A stretch of DNA of 64,000 nucleotides from Thalia democratica (lineage: Eukaryota): assembly GCA_965202585.1 (NCBI GenBank), contig OZ241831.1, positions 41,664,001-41,728,000 of the forward strand. Direction: 5' to 3'. The notes beneath the pieces were generated by a model. It did not search any database. It saw nothing but the letters and a program-made list of their open reading frames with translations, and was not told where the DNA came from. The position numbers and the translations under genes were made by a program. This document shows positions 49,287-64,000 of this stretch, in pieces (within the stretch, counting starts at the first letter, position 1; every line of letters starts with the position of its first letter).

Positions 49287-50332
49287 AGAGAGGCACTTGT
49301 AGTGTGTCAGAAAGCGAGCTGACGACCTAGTCAGCTTAGGGATTTTACAATGTAAAGCTACAACGAATAAATCCCTAGACGTCTAAGCGGGTAGACGTCG
49401 TGAAGGCGGGTTGTGTGTTAGTGTGTTTGCAGGCATACAGATTATAGCTTGAGTCGACTTGGCCGTCGACTCGAGCTAGAGTCGAAAGACCGCAGCTAGG
49501 CGATCAAAGGTCGTATAGCAGACCTCATTGAATAAGCACGAAGGGAACGTAAAGCGAGAGCAAGGCACGTACCGTCCTAAGCAAGCCGTTAAGCATAAAA
49601 GCCGCACTCTCGCAAGGCAGTATATGAACGAGCTCTGACATGATTCAGCCCAGTTGAAAGTACGTTTGAGTGCAAAGATGAATTGATTAAGGAATGCATT
49701 TCTAGAAGTGAAGCTTCGGACGGGCGACTGAAGCAGAGTAGGCGAGGTACTAGAAAATGCGAAGGTGTAGCACTCAAAATGTAACATGTAAAAAAGCGGC
49801 ATAATCTCATGGTCGCTTTCAAAGTCAGAGGTCAGTTGAAGCGAAATGTTTTGGAAGGGAAGCAGGAGCTTCGAGAAAACATTTGTAAAACAGCGGGAGG
49901 TCTGTTTTTTCGAAAAGTTGTTGAAAATGAATTTTTGGGTTGTGAGAAGGGTGGAGAGAATAAAGAAAGAAAAGTTGGAAAAATTTTGAGCAAAAAAGCC
50001 GTCCGAATTCGCCCGCGGGCGAATTCGGACGGCTTTTTTGCTCAAAATTTTTCCAACTTTTCTTTCTATAATTTTTCAAAGGTGTTCGACAAAAGTCGAA
50101 CGCCTTTTTTTTACCCAAAATTTTTTTTGGCTACCTCAAGAGAGTCAGAGTTTTTTGCCTAGTACTATATATTTTTCAAAGGTGTTCGACGAAAGTCGGA
50201 TGCCTTTTTTTTACCCAAAAATTTTTTAGGCTGCCTCAAGAGAGTCAGAGTTTTTTCCCTAGTAATGATTATTTTATCAATTTCACTGATGTCTTAAATT
50301 TTGAACGTTGCTGCCGAAAGGTTAGCACCATT
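49287..50332 (+). ncRNA. Candidate structured RNA element, copy 3
   Basis: Same sequence as 5090-6135 (offset 44197). Confidence 0.5.
49964..50067. repeat. Perfect 104-bp palindrome, copy 3
   Basis: Same sequence, offset 44197. Confidence 0.97.
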
Positions 50333-53300
50333 ATTTTTTATATATAATTTTGATAAAAAATGTTAGAGTTTTTAAAATTACAACTATCAATAGCCTTATT
50401 AGAGAAATGTAGAAAATATTTTTTACTTTTGATACTTATAATAAATTAAGATTTAATTTATAAAGATATAATCAAAACAATGATAGTAAAAAGGCTTGTT
50501 TGTTATTTGAAATATGTAAGATAAAAATATTACAAATTAAACTTTATATTTCAGGTTAGAACTTTTATATTTCAAATTGAAAATAAGTTTTAATGTTCTT
50601 AACAAAATTACGCATTGAAATTTTCAACATTTTCACGTTTCTAAGACATGCTTTATTTTTTAATAAAGTTTTAAACTAATGGGAATTTACTTACAAACGA
50701 GAACTATAAAAGTAAGCATGCCAAAAAAAAAAACTTAAGCACGTGTACATATATTACTTAACCTGATAAGATAATAAATCCAATTGTACAAACAAAAACA
50801 AACTAAACTCGTATCTGTGCCAACGAACAACTATGTCAAAAAGAAAATTAAAAGTGTTGTTTTATAATTAGAATTTTTTTTTGTATCTGACACTTAATGA
50901 AGCAAACTGTTTAATTCAACGTTGATACTCTTTTTAGTACTTGTGTGCAGTTTTCTATATAGTTTTCTATACAATAAACAAATTTTTAGGTAGCAGGCAT
51001 TTTGATTAATTTTGTTAAACGTTTGTAATTCATTTAATTTGTTCTTAAAAATAAAAGAATATGGTTTAGTTTGTTAAATAAAACGACAAAAACCGATAAA
51101 ACATTTAGTGTAGTTGAGAAACAAGTAGCTTATGTATAAAAACAATTTATGTGATTCAATCATGTAATTTAGTTTAGTTAACATAAGGCATATTTAAGTA
51201 TAGACAGCTATATGTAACTATACTGATTTTGTTTGAGTCAACTATCATAGACAAGTTCTCAATTAATGAAAAATAAAGATACTTCACATTTTTTTATACA
51301 TGCGCAAGTACTTGGTAAAAACTTTAAATAACTAAACAAAAAGCTTGCGAAACATAGGCTACTCCCACAACTGATTTCTGAATACAATCTAGTTTCGTTT
51401 AGTTTTCTTTTATCGCTCGTTTTATTTATTTAATTATAAAGTTTTAAGTTTTAAACTTAAAACTTATCGGCTCGTTAACCATTGTAAAACCATGTGGTGT
51501 ACGACTCGAAAACCGAAAAGTTCTTTCGAATACCAGGTCTTTAGAAGAAACTTTTTAATGCTTTTTTTGCGGTTCAACGAACAATAAAAAATTGAAAAGG
51601 GAAGGTTAAAAAAAAGCTACTAGACGAAGTGGTCTAACGTTTTCACGCGTTGTCAAACTCTTGTAATCAACATATTTTTCTCTATACTTAGCTAGACGCT
51701 CAAAAATGTAACGGCGACTTTTGCGAGACTAAGTGTCTGTTTCCATTATATGATCATTAAAAACTTCACTTTCAGCTAAGTTTACTTATAGAATATGGTT
51801 TTATAAAAGCATGTCTTGGTAGTTAATTATTTTGATTTAAGTAAAGTACTTGACAAATACAGGTATTTCTCATAAAACTATTCGCAGATTTTTGACAATT
51901 ACGGACGACGCAAGTTGATTTTACGAGAAAAGCTATTGAAAACAGAAAAAAAGTCTAATAAAAGAGATGAGTACAAATTATATTGAAAATAAGAGGTATA
52001 CTCATTTAGACATTTTGCAATAGCGTTATGAACGCTTTTCAACAATCTATCTGGAGTATTTTAAAGTTATGTAATTTAACATAATCTAATGAACGTAAAG
52101 ATAACTTATGAAAAATATAAAAATCAACAAACGTGCGAAGATTTAAAACTGTAAACTTTGAAAAACCGTCTTTTTTTACGATCAAAGTTAAACACAATAT
52201 TTTATTTAAACAAAGCGTCATGCGACTAAAATAAAGCAAATTTATAATTTAAACAAAAGAGTCGTTAATAATATAGCTTTGGTAGTTACAGCACAACACC
52301 TATGACAGAACTACTCTTATATATCTTATACTACTTAAACAACGATTACTTGTCGAATTTTTTCATGATATTAAGGTACTTCATAAAGAGAAACATATTA
52401 CAAAATAGAAGCAAATTGATTTAGTGACATTTAATTTTATACTCGTTTAATCAAAACTAACATTTAAACGGTTAAATATGTAGTTGCTATCTTGCATAGT
52501 TGGTCATTTCATGCAGTTAGTTTTTGTATATGAACTGAAGAAAGACCTAAATAAAAATATCAGAAGCGTTATCTTTTACAAAGCTTGAGCTTTATTTAAT
52601 ACGCAAGTGAAAACTTCCAACAAGAAACAAAATCAAATACTAAAACTATTAAGAAAGGTTGATTTAGAAATACATTTATTTTAAGAAAACATCTGTTTAA
52701 TGCTCATTCCGAAGTCAATACACTGCGAAGAACAGTCCTGGACAAAAAATTTATGTAACTGTGGCGTATTAGTTGATAACCGAAAGGTTTTTCGTACACC
52801 AGGTCCTTAGATCAAACTTTTATTGAGTGTTTCTATCGACGTTCAACAAACTGACTGTACATACGAACTAACTTCCAAGCATGTATAAAAATTTTGATAT
52901 ATATATGGCAAGTTTCCTTCAAGTTGCGTAAACAAGTCGAACATTTGTGTAATATATTTATTAAACGGTAATAAAAACTATGCAAGCTGTGTTAGTATAA
53001 GTGTCACTATATAATATTTCAAGAAAATTGCAGCTATACTCTGATAAATCACTTATTCGGGTAAAAATAGTTTTTTCTCAAAAACTCGATTTCATTTTAT
53101 CTTTACAAGAATTCTGGACATTATGAAAAAGTTGCTTTTAAATAATGGTGATGCTTTAAAAAATATATATACTTAAGTATATTATCCAATAATCTATTGT
53201 GTGTGTCTTAAGATATTTCTCTTGATAAAGATGCCCTCATAAATATCTTATTTTTAATACAACTTACATAGTACTTATACATTTGCAAATATGAACCACA

Positions 53301-56300
53301 AAATATGTCCTAACTTATCGTTTCCTATCTTATGGGATCAATAAAAACTGCTACGGATAGAAATGAAGACATGTCTTCTTAAAATGAACAACATTGTACT
53401 TGTGGAAACTTTACTAAAATTAATAGTAACAATAATTTTGCTTTAAACGACTACTTTAAATCAATTAAATAAACTAATTATCAAACCCAGAATTATTAAC
53501 TCTTAAACCTAAAAATTATATAACAAACATTAAATTATAACTGACTGATAGTTTAATTTGCGATAAAACAAAAATATTTATATAAAAATTGAGATTCATT
53601 TCCGGTTGTTGCCCGTCCAGTTGCACAAACTGTTCTTCAGATCCAAGTTGCTTCCTTTAAAATTTATTTATAGTTATACTACTTAATACCATATAGACTA
53701 TTATGTTTTTTTGTTTGTTTAAAACTCTATTTGGTTGAAAAAAGACTAATTAAATATTATTTAGTTTTTAAGCATATTTTTCGGTTTAGTATAAATTAAA
53801 TGCAATTCCGTGCTATTAATAAATAATACAGGCACAACTGTTATTAGATACACAAAAAGTAGCAGACTAGCTTAAATTAATTTTTACAATAGTAATTTTT
53901 TAAAAACTTAAATAATGTCAAAGGAGTAAACTAAAACAAAAATATTTTGGAGACTTAAATTTAATACTAATAAATCACATAAAAAAAGCAAAAAATAATA
54001 AGGTTTTACTACTAATTACGTATTTAAAATACTTCATAAACATTAGTTTTACACTGAAAACGATAAGATACATATTAAATTAAATACTTTACCATTACTC
54101 AGAGACGATTATAAGTTTATTAATTCGGTAGACTAAAAATAATAATATTTTAGGTGTTAGGGATATAAATTATTTTGACTTATATTTCATATATATTTAT
54201 GTTAATCGAAAATTGTTAATGAAAAAACATTATACTGACGTGGAAACAAATACACCAGTGATTTAGCTCGATTAAAAGATGTAGTCCTTTTATCAATGTT
54301 TAAATAGATGTTTAATTAAAAACAAAGCATTGTCTTTGAAAAAATTTACAACCTACTAGAAATTAAATAAACATTAAAACACTATCTGAAAGCATGCTGT
54401 TTAAATAAAATGTTAAGTTAACATTACAAAAAATACTACGTTAAACCACTATCAAAGCTGCTACAATTTTCACACAACTACTTGAAAAAGACTTACATCT
54501 TTAACTAAATAATAAATAAACCGGTAGAACTTTTTTAGTAGAGAAAGCTATAAACGAGTGTAAACAAAATTACTTCATTTAAAATCATTTAAAATGTATG
54601 TATATGCATTTAGTATTTAACATTAATATTCTAACAAAACTTAGTAAACTATTACTAAATTTAAATAAAAAATATTGACAAATACATTGCATTTTTATTG
54701 AAGTAGAAAACTTTTCTAAACACACTTATCAACTACTGTTGTGTTTAACTAAGCTATAAATAGTATTAACATGTATTAAAGTTACTTATTGGTTACTTCA
54801 TTATAAGTTTAAATAAAAATGTGAAATAAATACTGTTTAAATAAAAATTTTTTGAAAATTAAATAGACAATACTTTTTAAGCATAAGTTAATAGAAAACA
54901 ACTTAAGATGGTAAAAGGATATTACAATAAAGTATATACATATGAAACTTTTAGAGTCAATAATAATAATAGATAAGGCTATGAAAACATTAGAAGTAAA
55001 ATATAATCATCTGAACTTAAATAATTACTTATGTAAAAGGAATAAAGCAAGTTATGTATTTAAAAACTAAAATTTCAGAACATGTTATAGTATACTTACG
55101 CAATTAAAAAAAGTATTTAAAGTAAACTGAACAAAAATATTTAAACATTAAAAAAAAACAACTATAACAGTTTGTACAAGTTAGTATTGTAAACTATTAA
55201 TAAAAAGAATATGTTATTATCTATACATAGTAATACTTATTCATTTAACATAACTTTTTTCCTTTACATTAATTTGGTAAAAAAAGAAGTATTGCTATGT
55301 AAAAGTATACTAAAAATAAAAAATATTTTAAATTAATTACTAATAAATTTTAAAGTTATTTCTATACTTTCTTTTATTAGTAAAATTATTAAAATTTTAT
55401 TAAAGGCTGAAACTTTTTAAATATTGACTCTCTAATAAGTCAAGTATGTTAATCAATAATTCTAACTACCTTTCTTAACTCCGCCAGTTGATAGTTTGTA
55501 GCGCTGATAGAGGTCACTTCGGCTTACGTGTGTCATCAAAGCTCCGTGTCACTCAAACTTATTTCCTTCCACAACATGTTTACTTGACTGTAAAATAAAT
55601 ATATTATAATTCATACACATTTGATTAAAGTTTTATAAAAATTGAAATAACTGGTTAATAATCTAACTGTTTTAAAAAGTTAACTGATTGTTAAAGTTTG
55701 TGCGAGTTTAAAACTAAAAAAAACTTACTTGGACACACAAACTTGCTAAACTTAAACCTTGAGACTTCCAGTCTCCACAGTGTGCTCAGTAGGGTTCATA
55801 AAAATTATTTTACTGTAAACAACTAATCAAGTCAGATGAAAAATGTGTTTGTAATTAAAGCTGTTTTCTTTTGTGAATATTGGAAAAGTCCAGTTATAAC
55901 ATAAATTTTAAAAGTTCTTATTTTTAGACATTCAAAAGATGACAAAACACTGTCTTTATAGTGAATTGTCCACAACTTTAGTTTTATTTATTTAGTTTGC
56001 ACAGCTTCTGAAAGCATAAAGACCACTATGACCTGCAAGCACAATAGAAGTAAACAGTTTTTAAATATACTAATAAAAAAAATAGCATATTAAGTAATGT
56101 GTTACATAAAATGATAAACTAGTATCAAAGTGTCATTATTGCTCCTTCTCTTTTTTACTAATAACAAGTTGCAATTTAATAAAACAAAACAAAGAGCATA
56201 GTTGCACAATTTAATTTTTTTTAATAAACTTTAAAATGTATCAGATGTCAAATTATAGATGGCTACAATTCTTTTTTGTAAGATAATGAAAGTAAAGTTC

Positions 56301-56418
56301 TGACTTTTTAAAGCTACCTAGATAAGGTTATGAGTTTTTATGTTTAGTTTAAAATCTTCACCAACTCACTTTTAAATCTATATAAATTTTCTAAAGCTTT
56401 GATGTTATTGTTATACAC

Positions 56419-56670
56419 CAGGGTTTCCCAAACTTTTTTACTAATGGCCCCCTTCAACATATAGGTTACTCAAAAACTACGAAAAAATACACATATGAGC
56501 TTTTTTTTTGCTCTTCAACTGCAACTCCAGAATATCTAGTGTAAGTTTCAAGTTATAGCCTCATGGCCATGGCCCCCCTGTGGCTCCTTTACTGCTCATG
56601 GCCCCCCCTCTTCCCCCTTTGCTGCTCATGGCCCCCTAGGGGGCCACTTTGCCAACTTTGGGAAACCCTG
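56419..56670. mobile_element. hAT-type MITE, copy 3
   Basis: Same TIR and TSD, offset 44197. Confidence 0.88.
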
Positions 56671-59321
56671 TTATACATCATAAAAACTTAATGGATCAAC
56701 TTAAAATTTAAATATAAGGATCTATTTGAAACAAATGTCTCCAAGTGCAGTAACCTCTTCAAAAATAAGGACCTGTTTTGCAACTAGAACTTTCCTTTAA
56801 AAAGAAGTGTAATCATGTAAAATAATTTTTGTTTCATAATAAACCTTGCTTCACAATCATATTTAGTATAAAATTGTAGGTTTGTTTATAAATTAATGTT
56901 TAAAAGTTTCACCACTATCAAGCTCCCATTATGTGAATTCAAATTATTTAAAATTAAGTTTTTTTAATGTTGTTTAATCTATAATATCATTTGAACATAA
57001 CATTAACATGGTTGTCACCTTTTAGAGCAAAAAAAGCTTGAAAAGACAGTCTGAGTAGGGATAAAATTTTATAAAAAAATTAATTATAACAGTAATAATA
57101 ATCAAGCTCAAATACTAAAATAATATAAATAGGACTTGATAAAAGATTTGTTTAAGAAAGAATATGTTTAAATTCCTTATATTTAAGAAAAGTGTACAAA
57201 CTATCTAAGTTTTGAAAAAAAAATGTACAAGCTTAAGTTTACTTAGCTGGGTGGCAATTCTGCTTAAGACATTTGAACAAAAAGTTCAAAAGAGTATTTG
57301 ATGTGTCACTCTTAAACTAAAACTTTGACTAACCTAAATATAAATTTTTCCCTTAAAAGAAATCAATCTTAAGTAAAACATTAATGGGCAGTTGTATGAA
57401 AAGTAGTAAAAAATCAAGATTGTAGTCCTGACAGAGATAAAAAAAGGTAAAACTATGAAAATTTTTATATAAAATGAGAAAAATTAAAGGCAAAAGTGGA
57501 AGTAGTACTAACATGCATAATGAAACTTTACTAAGGTTGAGAAGCCATTGAAAAATCTTTATTTTAGTTCAAAAATTTTTTTAAATGAACTTCAAGAAAA
57601 AAAATAACAAACTGAAACTTTTGTAGAAATCTGTTTAAGTGTTAATAAATTTACATGTTTGTTAGTTAATTAAATTAATGCTAAGTTTAAAACTTAAATT
57701 GACAGAACTTTGACAACTATAAAAGTATTAAAGTTGCACATATAATGGGACACTGGAATAGATATTTTTGAAGCAGGCTCAATTAATGTTTAAATTTTAT
57801 TCATATTTAAAACTGTGCATTATTTTAAAATAAAGTTCAGTATACTATTTGACTAACTTAATTTAACAGTGTGGCCACTGGTTTATTGTAAATTTCTTCC
57901 AGATTTTTAGATATAATTTAATTGTTTATTTTTACTATATAATTAAAACTATATTAAAAACAAATGTCTAAAACACTATAGTATCATTAAATAATACTAT
58001 GGTTATAATTGTTTGTTTTTATTGATAAAGAATTTTATTTTTTAGAGAATTTTTATATCTCAACAAAATTTTACTACTTCACATGTAAAAGTAGTTCTAA
58101 ATTCCAGGTTTTTTAGAGGTATTTGTTCAAAACTACAATTTTTTTCAAATTTCACTAACTACAGGTTATGCAGGGGTTTTTGTAAAATTTGTCTAAAAAG
58201 TCAAATTCCAGGTTTTTCAAGGACTCCAGATTTTTTTAGCACCCTGTTTTAATTATATTTTGTACCTTTAGTGATTTAGGTAACTATGATTGTATACAAC
58301 ATAATAGTAACTGTAACAAAATTTAGAATAATGTCTTTTAGTATGATGTTAAATTTGGTACAAAAACTTGTAAATACAAAAGCAAATTTACATACCTTGA
58401 AAGTTTGAAAAGGGAGTTATTCCTGTGGAGCTCTGGGTTTCATTTTGTTTAGGATGACTTTCATCATTGAAGATCAGGAGGACAGTGAATATAGTTCTAA
58501 AAATTTATAACCTAAAATTAACATAGAATAACAAAATTTTTAAATAAATTTGTAGAGAAGTTTATTCAATTTTACAGAATAATTTGATGTCATGGTTTAA
58601 ATGTCACAACTTACTTGGTTTTAATTGAACATGCCTCTGTGCCAAGGTATAAACAATAAGAGACAACAATTGCTTTTTTTTCACTACAAATAATGAAACA
58701 ACCATTTTAGAAGTGTTAATAAACATTTGAAAATTCGCTAAAAACTAGTACCAGAGAACAGTTTTACAATAAACACAAAAAAGGCATATTAATTTCTCGC
58801 TAACCTTTCAAGGCTTAAATAACTTAAAGTCAAAAATTGCAAAGCACAAAGTTATAAGCAATAAATTATCATTAAACCTAATAGTTTTTTTTTCAGAGCT
58901 TTATTTTTTAGCAACTGGATTTTCATAGTTATTGAGTAAGTAAATATATAATAGTTTGTAAGCTAAGAGCGCTTTGTTAATGATATAATATTTTATTTTG
59001 TTGTATAACATTAAATCTACTTTTAAAAAGACTAGTATTAAACAAAAGACAAGACCTGTTTAGGAAAAATATGAATTACAAAAGCTTTACTTTTATACTA
59101 CTCAAGTTTAAAACCTAAACATTAATGTTTGTTATTCATACGTTTTTTTAAGTTAATATTTTTTAGTTATCGGCAATAAATAAGTAAGTTTCAGCTTAAA
59201 ACATTAGTAAACAATGATTAAAAAAATGTACTAAAATATTACAACTAGGCTTATAATTTTGTAGTTCGTAGCTATTTATTATATTATTATTATTAAAGCG
59301 TTAAAAAACCTTAAATTATAA

Positions 59322-59967
59322 GTCAAGGGACAGATATTTTACCACCAACCTAGATCAATGACAAGGATATCGCAAATGTGAAACACTTTGGATACCTTAG
59401 CTTCAGACTCCCACCCGTTGATCAAACTCATAGTTAGACACAGAAATAACTAGTCGCATAGGTAAGGCCTCAGGCACTTTCGCTTGTTTGTCTGCAAGAG
59501 TATGGGGTAACCAAAGTTAAGCATTCTTACAAAGTCTAACGTTTATTGTTCCTGTGTATGCAGTACTCTGCTATACGGTAGCGAAATAAGGATATTTACT
59601 AGCGTCCTGGAGAAGAAAAAACAATACCTTTCATTAACAATGCCTTTGTCGCATCCTTAGAATTGCATGGAATCAAAAGATCACCAACGAGGAAGTGTTG
59701 AGACGTACTTGTGATACTACCATGTGGTTTACCCTCAGTCAGCGCAGGTTTCGCTGGGTCGTTCATGTTCTGAGGATGAGTGCTGAGCGAATCCCAAAGT
59801 TTGTCAATTGCACACGCTACAGAGGTCGTCCAACATTACGTTTTAACGACGTATGCAAGCGTGACCTAAAAAGCTGGAATATAAGAACTGGTGAATGGGA
59901 ATCGTTTGCAAATGACCGTGCCAAATAAAGATCTACTGTTAACAAAAGTCTGAATGAAAGGAAAAAA
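59322..59967 (+). mobile_element. RTE LINE relic, copy 3
   Basis: Offset 44197 from copy 1. Confidence 0.85.
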
Positions 59968-62900
59968 GAACTTTAAGAAAACGAAAAAATGAAATGAGAA
60001 GCGCAATGAATTTTATCAATTTGATTTTATTTATTTGTATTTTTATTTACTATTGACGCTTTTTTTAAATGTTTGTTGGATTCTTATAGTAATCTGTTAT
60101 AGTTATGCTTAAGTTGGATCTTCTTGTCAGTTACATAGTTAGAATTTTTTCAAGGCAAGTAAATTTTAAAAATTAGACCTGCAAAAATTTAATATTCAGA
60201 TATCCAACTATTACAGTTTATAAGTTATGCTGAAGTCTAGCGCTGCGGTTGTTTACAAATCTGTTACTTTTTTATAGTCAATTAGCTTTTATTTTCAGCT
60301 TAAGAATTTGCACAAGTTGTTCTATAACTTGCACAGGCCTACTTAGATAACCAAACTTATACAGAAGTTAGGCGAACTTGAACATTTTTCTTTTATTTCT
60401 AATCTTCGTATACCATAAAAAGTAACTGAAATTTTAAAGAAAGTTTACTAGAAGAGATTTGATCTCATTTTTTTAATTTAAATTTCAAAGGTTTAAAAAA
60501 AGTTTGTTGGTTCCCAGCAAAATTTACTGCTCTAAAGTTGAACTGTCTCTCAAAATAAACTGAAAATGTGCCAATTATGTAGTCAACAATACTACCTAAA
60601 ACTTAAAACTTTTTGAATTATGCCGCTTTTATAACAAGTTTTTACAAAAAATGAATGTTAATTACAACTGATACTTAAAAAACTTCAACTTCAGCAAAAC
60701 AAACTTATTTGTATTAAGTTTTTTGAAACTTTACCTGAACATTGTACTAAAAATATTCTTTTAATTATCGAACGTTGGCTAAAAATTAATTTTAAAGGTA
60801 AAATACGTTTATACAATTAATTTTAGAAATAAAAATTCTATAAAACCAAAAACTAATAAACTTAATTAAGATATCAGCCTTTGTTTTATCTTTTTATAGT
60901 GAGTCTTTAATTACAACTTATTAAAAGCATAATAGAACAACAAATACATTGTTACATTAGCGGTTATTATACACAATGGAAGTTAAAAGTGAAAACAGAT
61001 ATGTTAAGTTACTAACTATTTGATTAAAGTAAACGTTTTCCGTATTCGTAAATTAAATCTTTGTTTTTGTTGCATAAATTATTTTATTATTCATGAAAGT
61101 CACAAGCTAAACTTTAAAAATATGATGATTGACCTAAGAAACTATTTGATATTTTTCTAATTAAGTTAATATTATTCAAGATATTGGTAAACTTCGGCCT
61201 ATGGTAAAAACGTAGAAAGCAAACTAAAAACTGCTGCAGGTACTTTTAAGCTTAAACTGTACTTGTTTGAAACAATTTAGAAAAAGTTAAAACCCAAAAC
61301 TTATTGATAGTTATTACTCAACTATTGTTTTTTGTTTAAATACCATTTATTTAGAATTTAGATAGTTATATTTATTATGATTAAAATATTATTGAAACAA
61401 CTGCAGTCCCGCAAGACTTATTTTTATACTAGGGGTACGCAACGTTTTTCTATATACGGGCCGGATCCGGAAAAAATTATTCTTTAGCGGGCCGGAGCAT
61501 TTTGAGTTAGTGATTTACCGGATCCAGCCGAATAATGAGTTTTTAGATTTGAATCCGACTAGATACTTATTTTAAGTCGAGATACGGATCTGGTCGGATT
61601 CTTATGTAAATAAAAGTTTCGGATCCGGCCATAATTTAATTTTATGGATACAGTTGATCACTTTTTTACATCCTTCAAATTGAAAAAACTTTCTCAAGTC
61701 TGACAACTTAAGATGTAGATTGAGACATGTCAGAATTTTAAATAATGTCTATAAGTAGAATTGACATTGTAATTGACAAAGGTACGTATGTAAAAAAAAA
61801 AACACTTTGCTTGGGATATTTCACTAAAAGATATTCTAACTAATTTAGAGCAACACAAAATATTAGGACAAAATAGTGTGTTTATTAGTACACATTATTT
61901 TATAAAGTAGTTTTTTATCATATTTTTTTAGTCAAATTCTTACAGTGATTTGTAAAAATATGATACAAAGTTTTATACAAGTTTTGTAATATTGACCCTT
62001 TGCAGGCCTGTAAATTTTCTAGCGGGCCAGTAATTTTCATTTGCGGGCCGGATCCGGCCCGAGGGCCGTACGTTAGCCACTTTTTAAGGAAGCTTGGCTT
62101 GTTACTTGTAAAAGACTGCTGACACCTGTTTGTATACTAGTTTTTAATTTAAACATAATATTTTAATTATTTAGATCAATCAAATATTACGACAAATATC
62201 TCTACTACAGGGTTTTCAAAACTTTTTTTAAAAAACCCCTTTAAAGAAGTTAAAAAAGCTATGGCCTCATCCAACAAGATTTTTCGAAAAACTACCATTA
62301 AAAGCAATTAATTTTTTTTAGCTACTTAACATCAACTTTTTGACTAGTAGTTGTAACTTAGATAAAGTATTTATGTTACTGTTAAATATAAAAAGGTAAA
62401 AAAAGCTACACTAACAATTCAACAACGACTGAATGTTTCGGGGAGAACCTGTAGATAAAAAGCCACTCAAGGGTTTGATCTGGACAAAGAAATGAGGAAA
62501 TCTTTTACGAATGTAAGGGGTTGCTGCTAAGTAGAGCGATAGGTTGCATTTCGACTGAAATGATGCAATATAAGACGTAACAATTGGATGAATAGCAAAC
62601 TTCGACTTAAAAGATGAAAAAGATGACGTAACAATTGAAAATCTTCGTAATTTTAAAATGACACAATACTGGCAACTTTGTTCCTTACATTACGGGAAGC
62701 GCGCTGCATTAAGCAAAACTAAGCTTTTATGCCAAAATTATTCAAGAAAATTAGCTTTCCTTTTGGGGAAAATTTACTTTTGCGCTGAAACTTCATACAC
62801 TTTAACTGGGTAAGCTGTCAAATTTGCACGAGCGTACAAAATTGCACGAGTGCACAAAATCGCTAAAATAAACTTTTGCACGAAGACACTATGCACGAGG

Positions 62901-64000
62901 GAATAAAATTGCACGACAATACATTTGCACGGGTTATTTTTTTCTTATTTAATTTATTTTTTTTATTATCACTTTTTACCCTAACGCTTACCCTCGGTCG
63001 AAGAATCGAAACGTAGATGCCTAATAAAGTTTTTCATACTGTAATGAAATCAATATTTGATTTTATTATTTTAAATAAATAAGTTAAAAAGGAGTTTTTT
63101 GTTTCGACGGCGTAAAACATTCATAATTCTTAGAAATAAGTTATTTTAAACCGAAAACAATAATGAGCTTTCTGAAAACAATTTTCCAAGTTTTTAAAAC
63201 ATCATTGTTTACTCGAAGAAGTTAGTTTCTTTCCAGTGCGTGTATATTGGTGTTTGTGTTTCAAATACGCGTTAGTTAGTTAAGTTTTTGTGCGTTTCGT
63301 ACGCCGTCTTAAGTCACGATGATGATCAACGCAACATCAAGTTAAGTTCAAGCCAATGAAGTAAAATCTACATCGAAAAAAGTATACGTTTTCTAGTGAA
63401 GAATAAGTTACACATTGTCAAGCAACCAGAACACCTAGTCGTGTCTAAGAACATGAATCTAAACGAGTTCCTTGATCGAACAATTCATTGTCGAGACCAT
63501 AAGTATTTTTGCATACATTTTATTATAATAGACCATTTGTTTATTAACTAATACAGTTCTTTCTTGAGTTTTAAAATGCTACTTGACATTAATTCATAGA
63601 GCGTTTCAATCATGACTTGGTAACAAGTTACTTTAAGTTTTGTAACTTTAGTATTGTAAGCTGCTTTTAAGTAAAGCAGTCAGTTTAGCTTAAGTACTTA
63701 GAAACCATGTTTAAGACGATAAACATAATCAGTTTAATAAATATTGTTCTGTGGTTATAATACTTTACTATGTTTTCAATAATATTTAATTCAATCTAAA
63801 ACGATGTAAAAAATGTTTATCTTTAAGAAGTAGCAATAATTGGGTTATAACTTAACAATACTAAATACAAAAAAAAAAATTGTTTAAAAAATAATGAAGA
63901 TTAACAGTTGTACTCCAAAAGCAAAAAATAAAAAAAGGATCAAAAAAAATATATGTTTGTTAAAAATAAAATCTATTAAAAGGTATAGAAAATTTATATG

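Larger units (their letters stand above)
44198..64000 (+). repeat. Tandem unit, copy 3 (long variant, truncated by window end)
   Basis: Constant offset of 44197 to copy 1 (e.g. 4781/48978, 15498/59695). It ends at the equivalent of unit position 19803, so its SET gene lies outside the window. Confidence 0.97.

Noticed and set aside
1-64000. Array as a pure assembly artefact
   Set aside because: Not favoured because copies carry private SNPs and a diverged patch, but not excluded without reads.

Overview
Very AT-rich (about 20-25% GC in lines counted) intron-containing eukaryotic DNA. The composition and repeat content suggest an invertebrate such as Hydra, but that is inference only. The whole window is a head-to-tail array of a ~22-kb unit: copy 1 = 1-22465 (22,465 bp), copy 2 = 22466-44197 (21,732 bp), copy 3 = 44198-64000 (partial). 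The unit boundary is arbitrary and set by the window start. Copies are almost identical, except that copy 2 carries a ~810-bp, ~6% diverged patch lacking a 723-bp insert. Each unit contains: (i) an intact two-exon, 275-aa SET/post-SET lysine methyltransferase gene on the minus strand, whose basic N-terminus contains the histone H3 K4-K9 hexapeptide KQTARK; (ii) a ~1-kb GC-rich island that folds into many hairpins with GNRA loops and plus-strand G.U pairs, and includes a perfect loop-less 104-bp palindrome, two hairpin+T-tract repeats and bracketing 23-bp inverted motifs; (iii) relics of Penelope, RTE-LINE and hAT-type elements; (iv) scattered minus-strand exon-like segments. No rRNA, tRNA or CRISPR was recognised. 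All comparisons were made by eye, and SNP counts are spot checks, not a full alignment.
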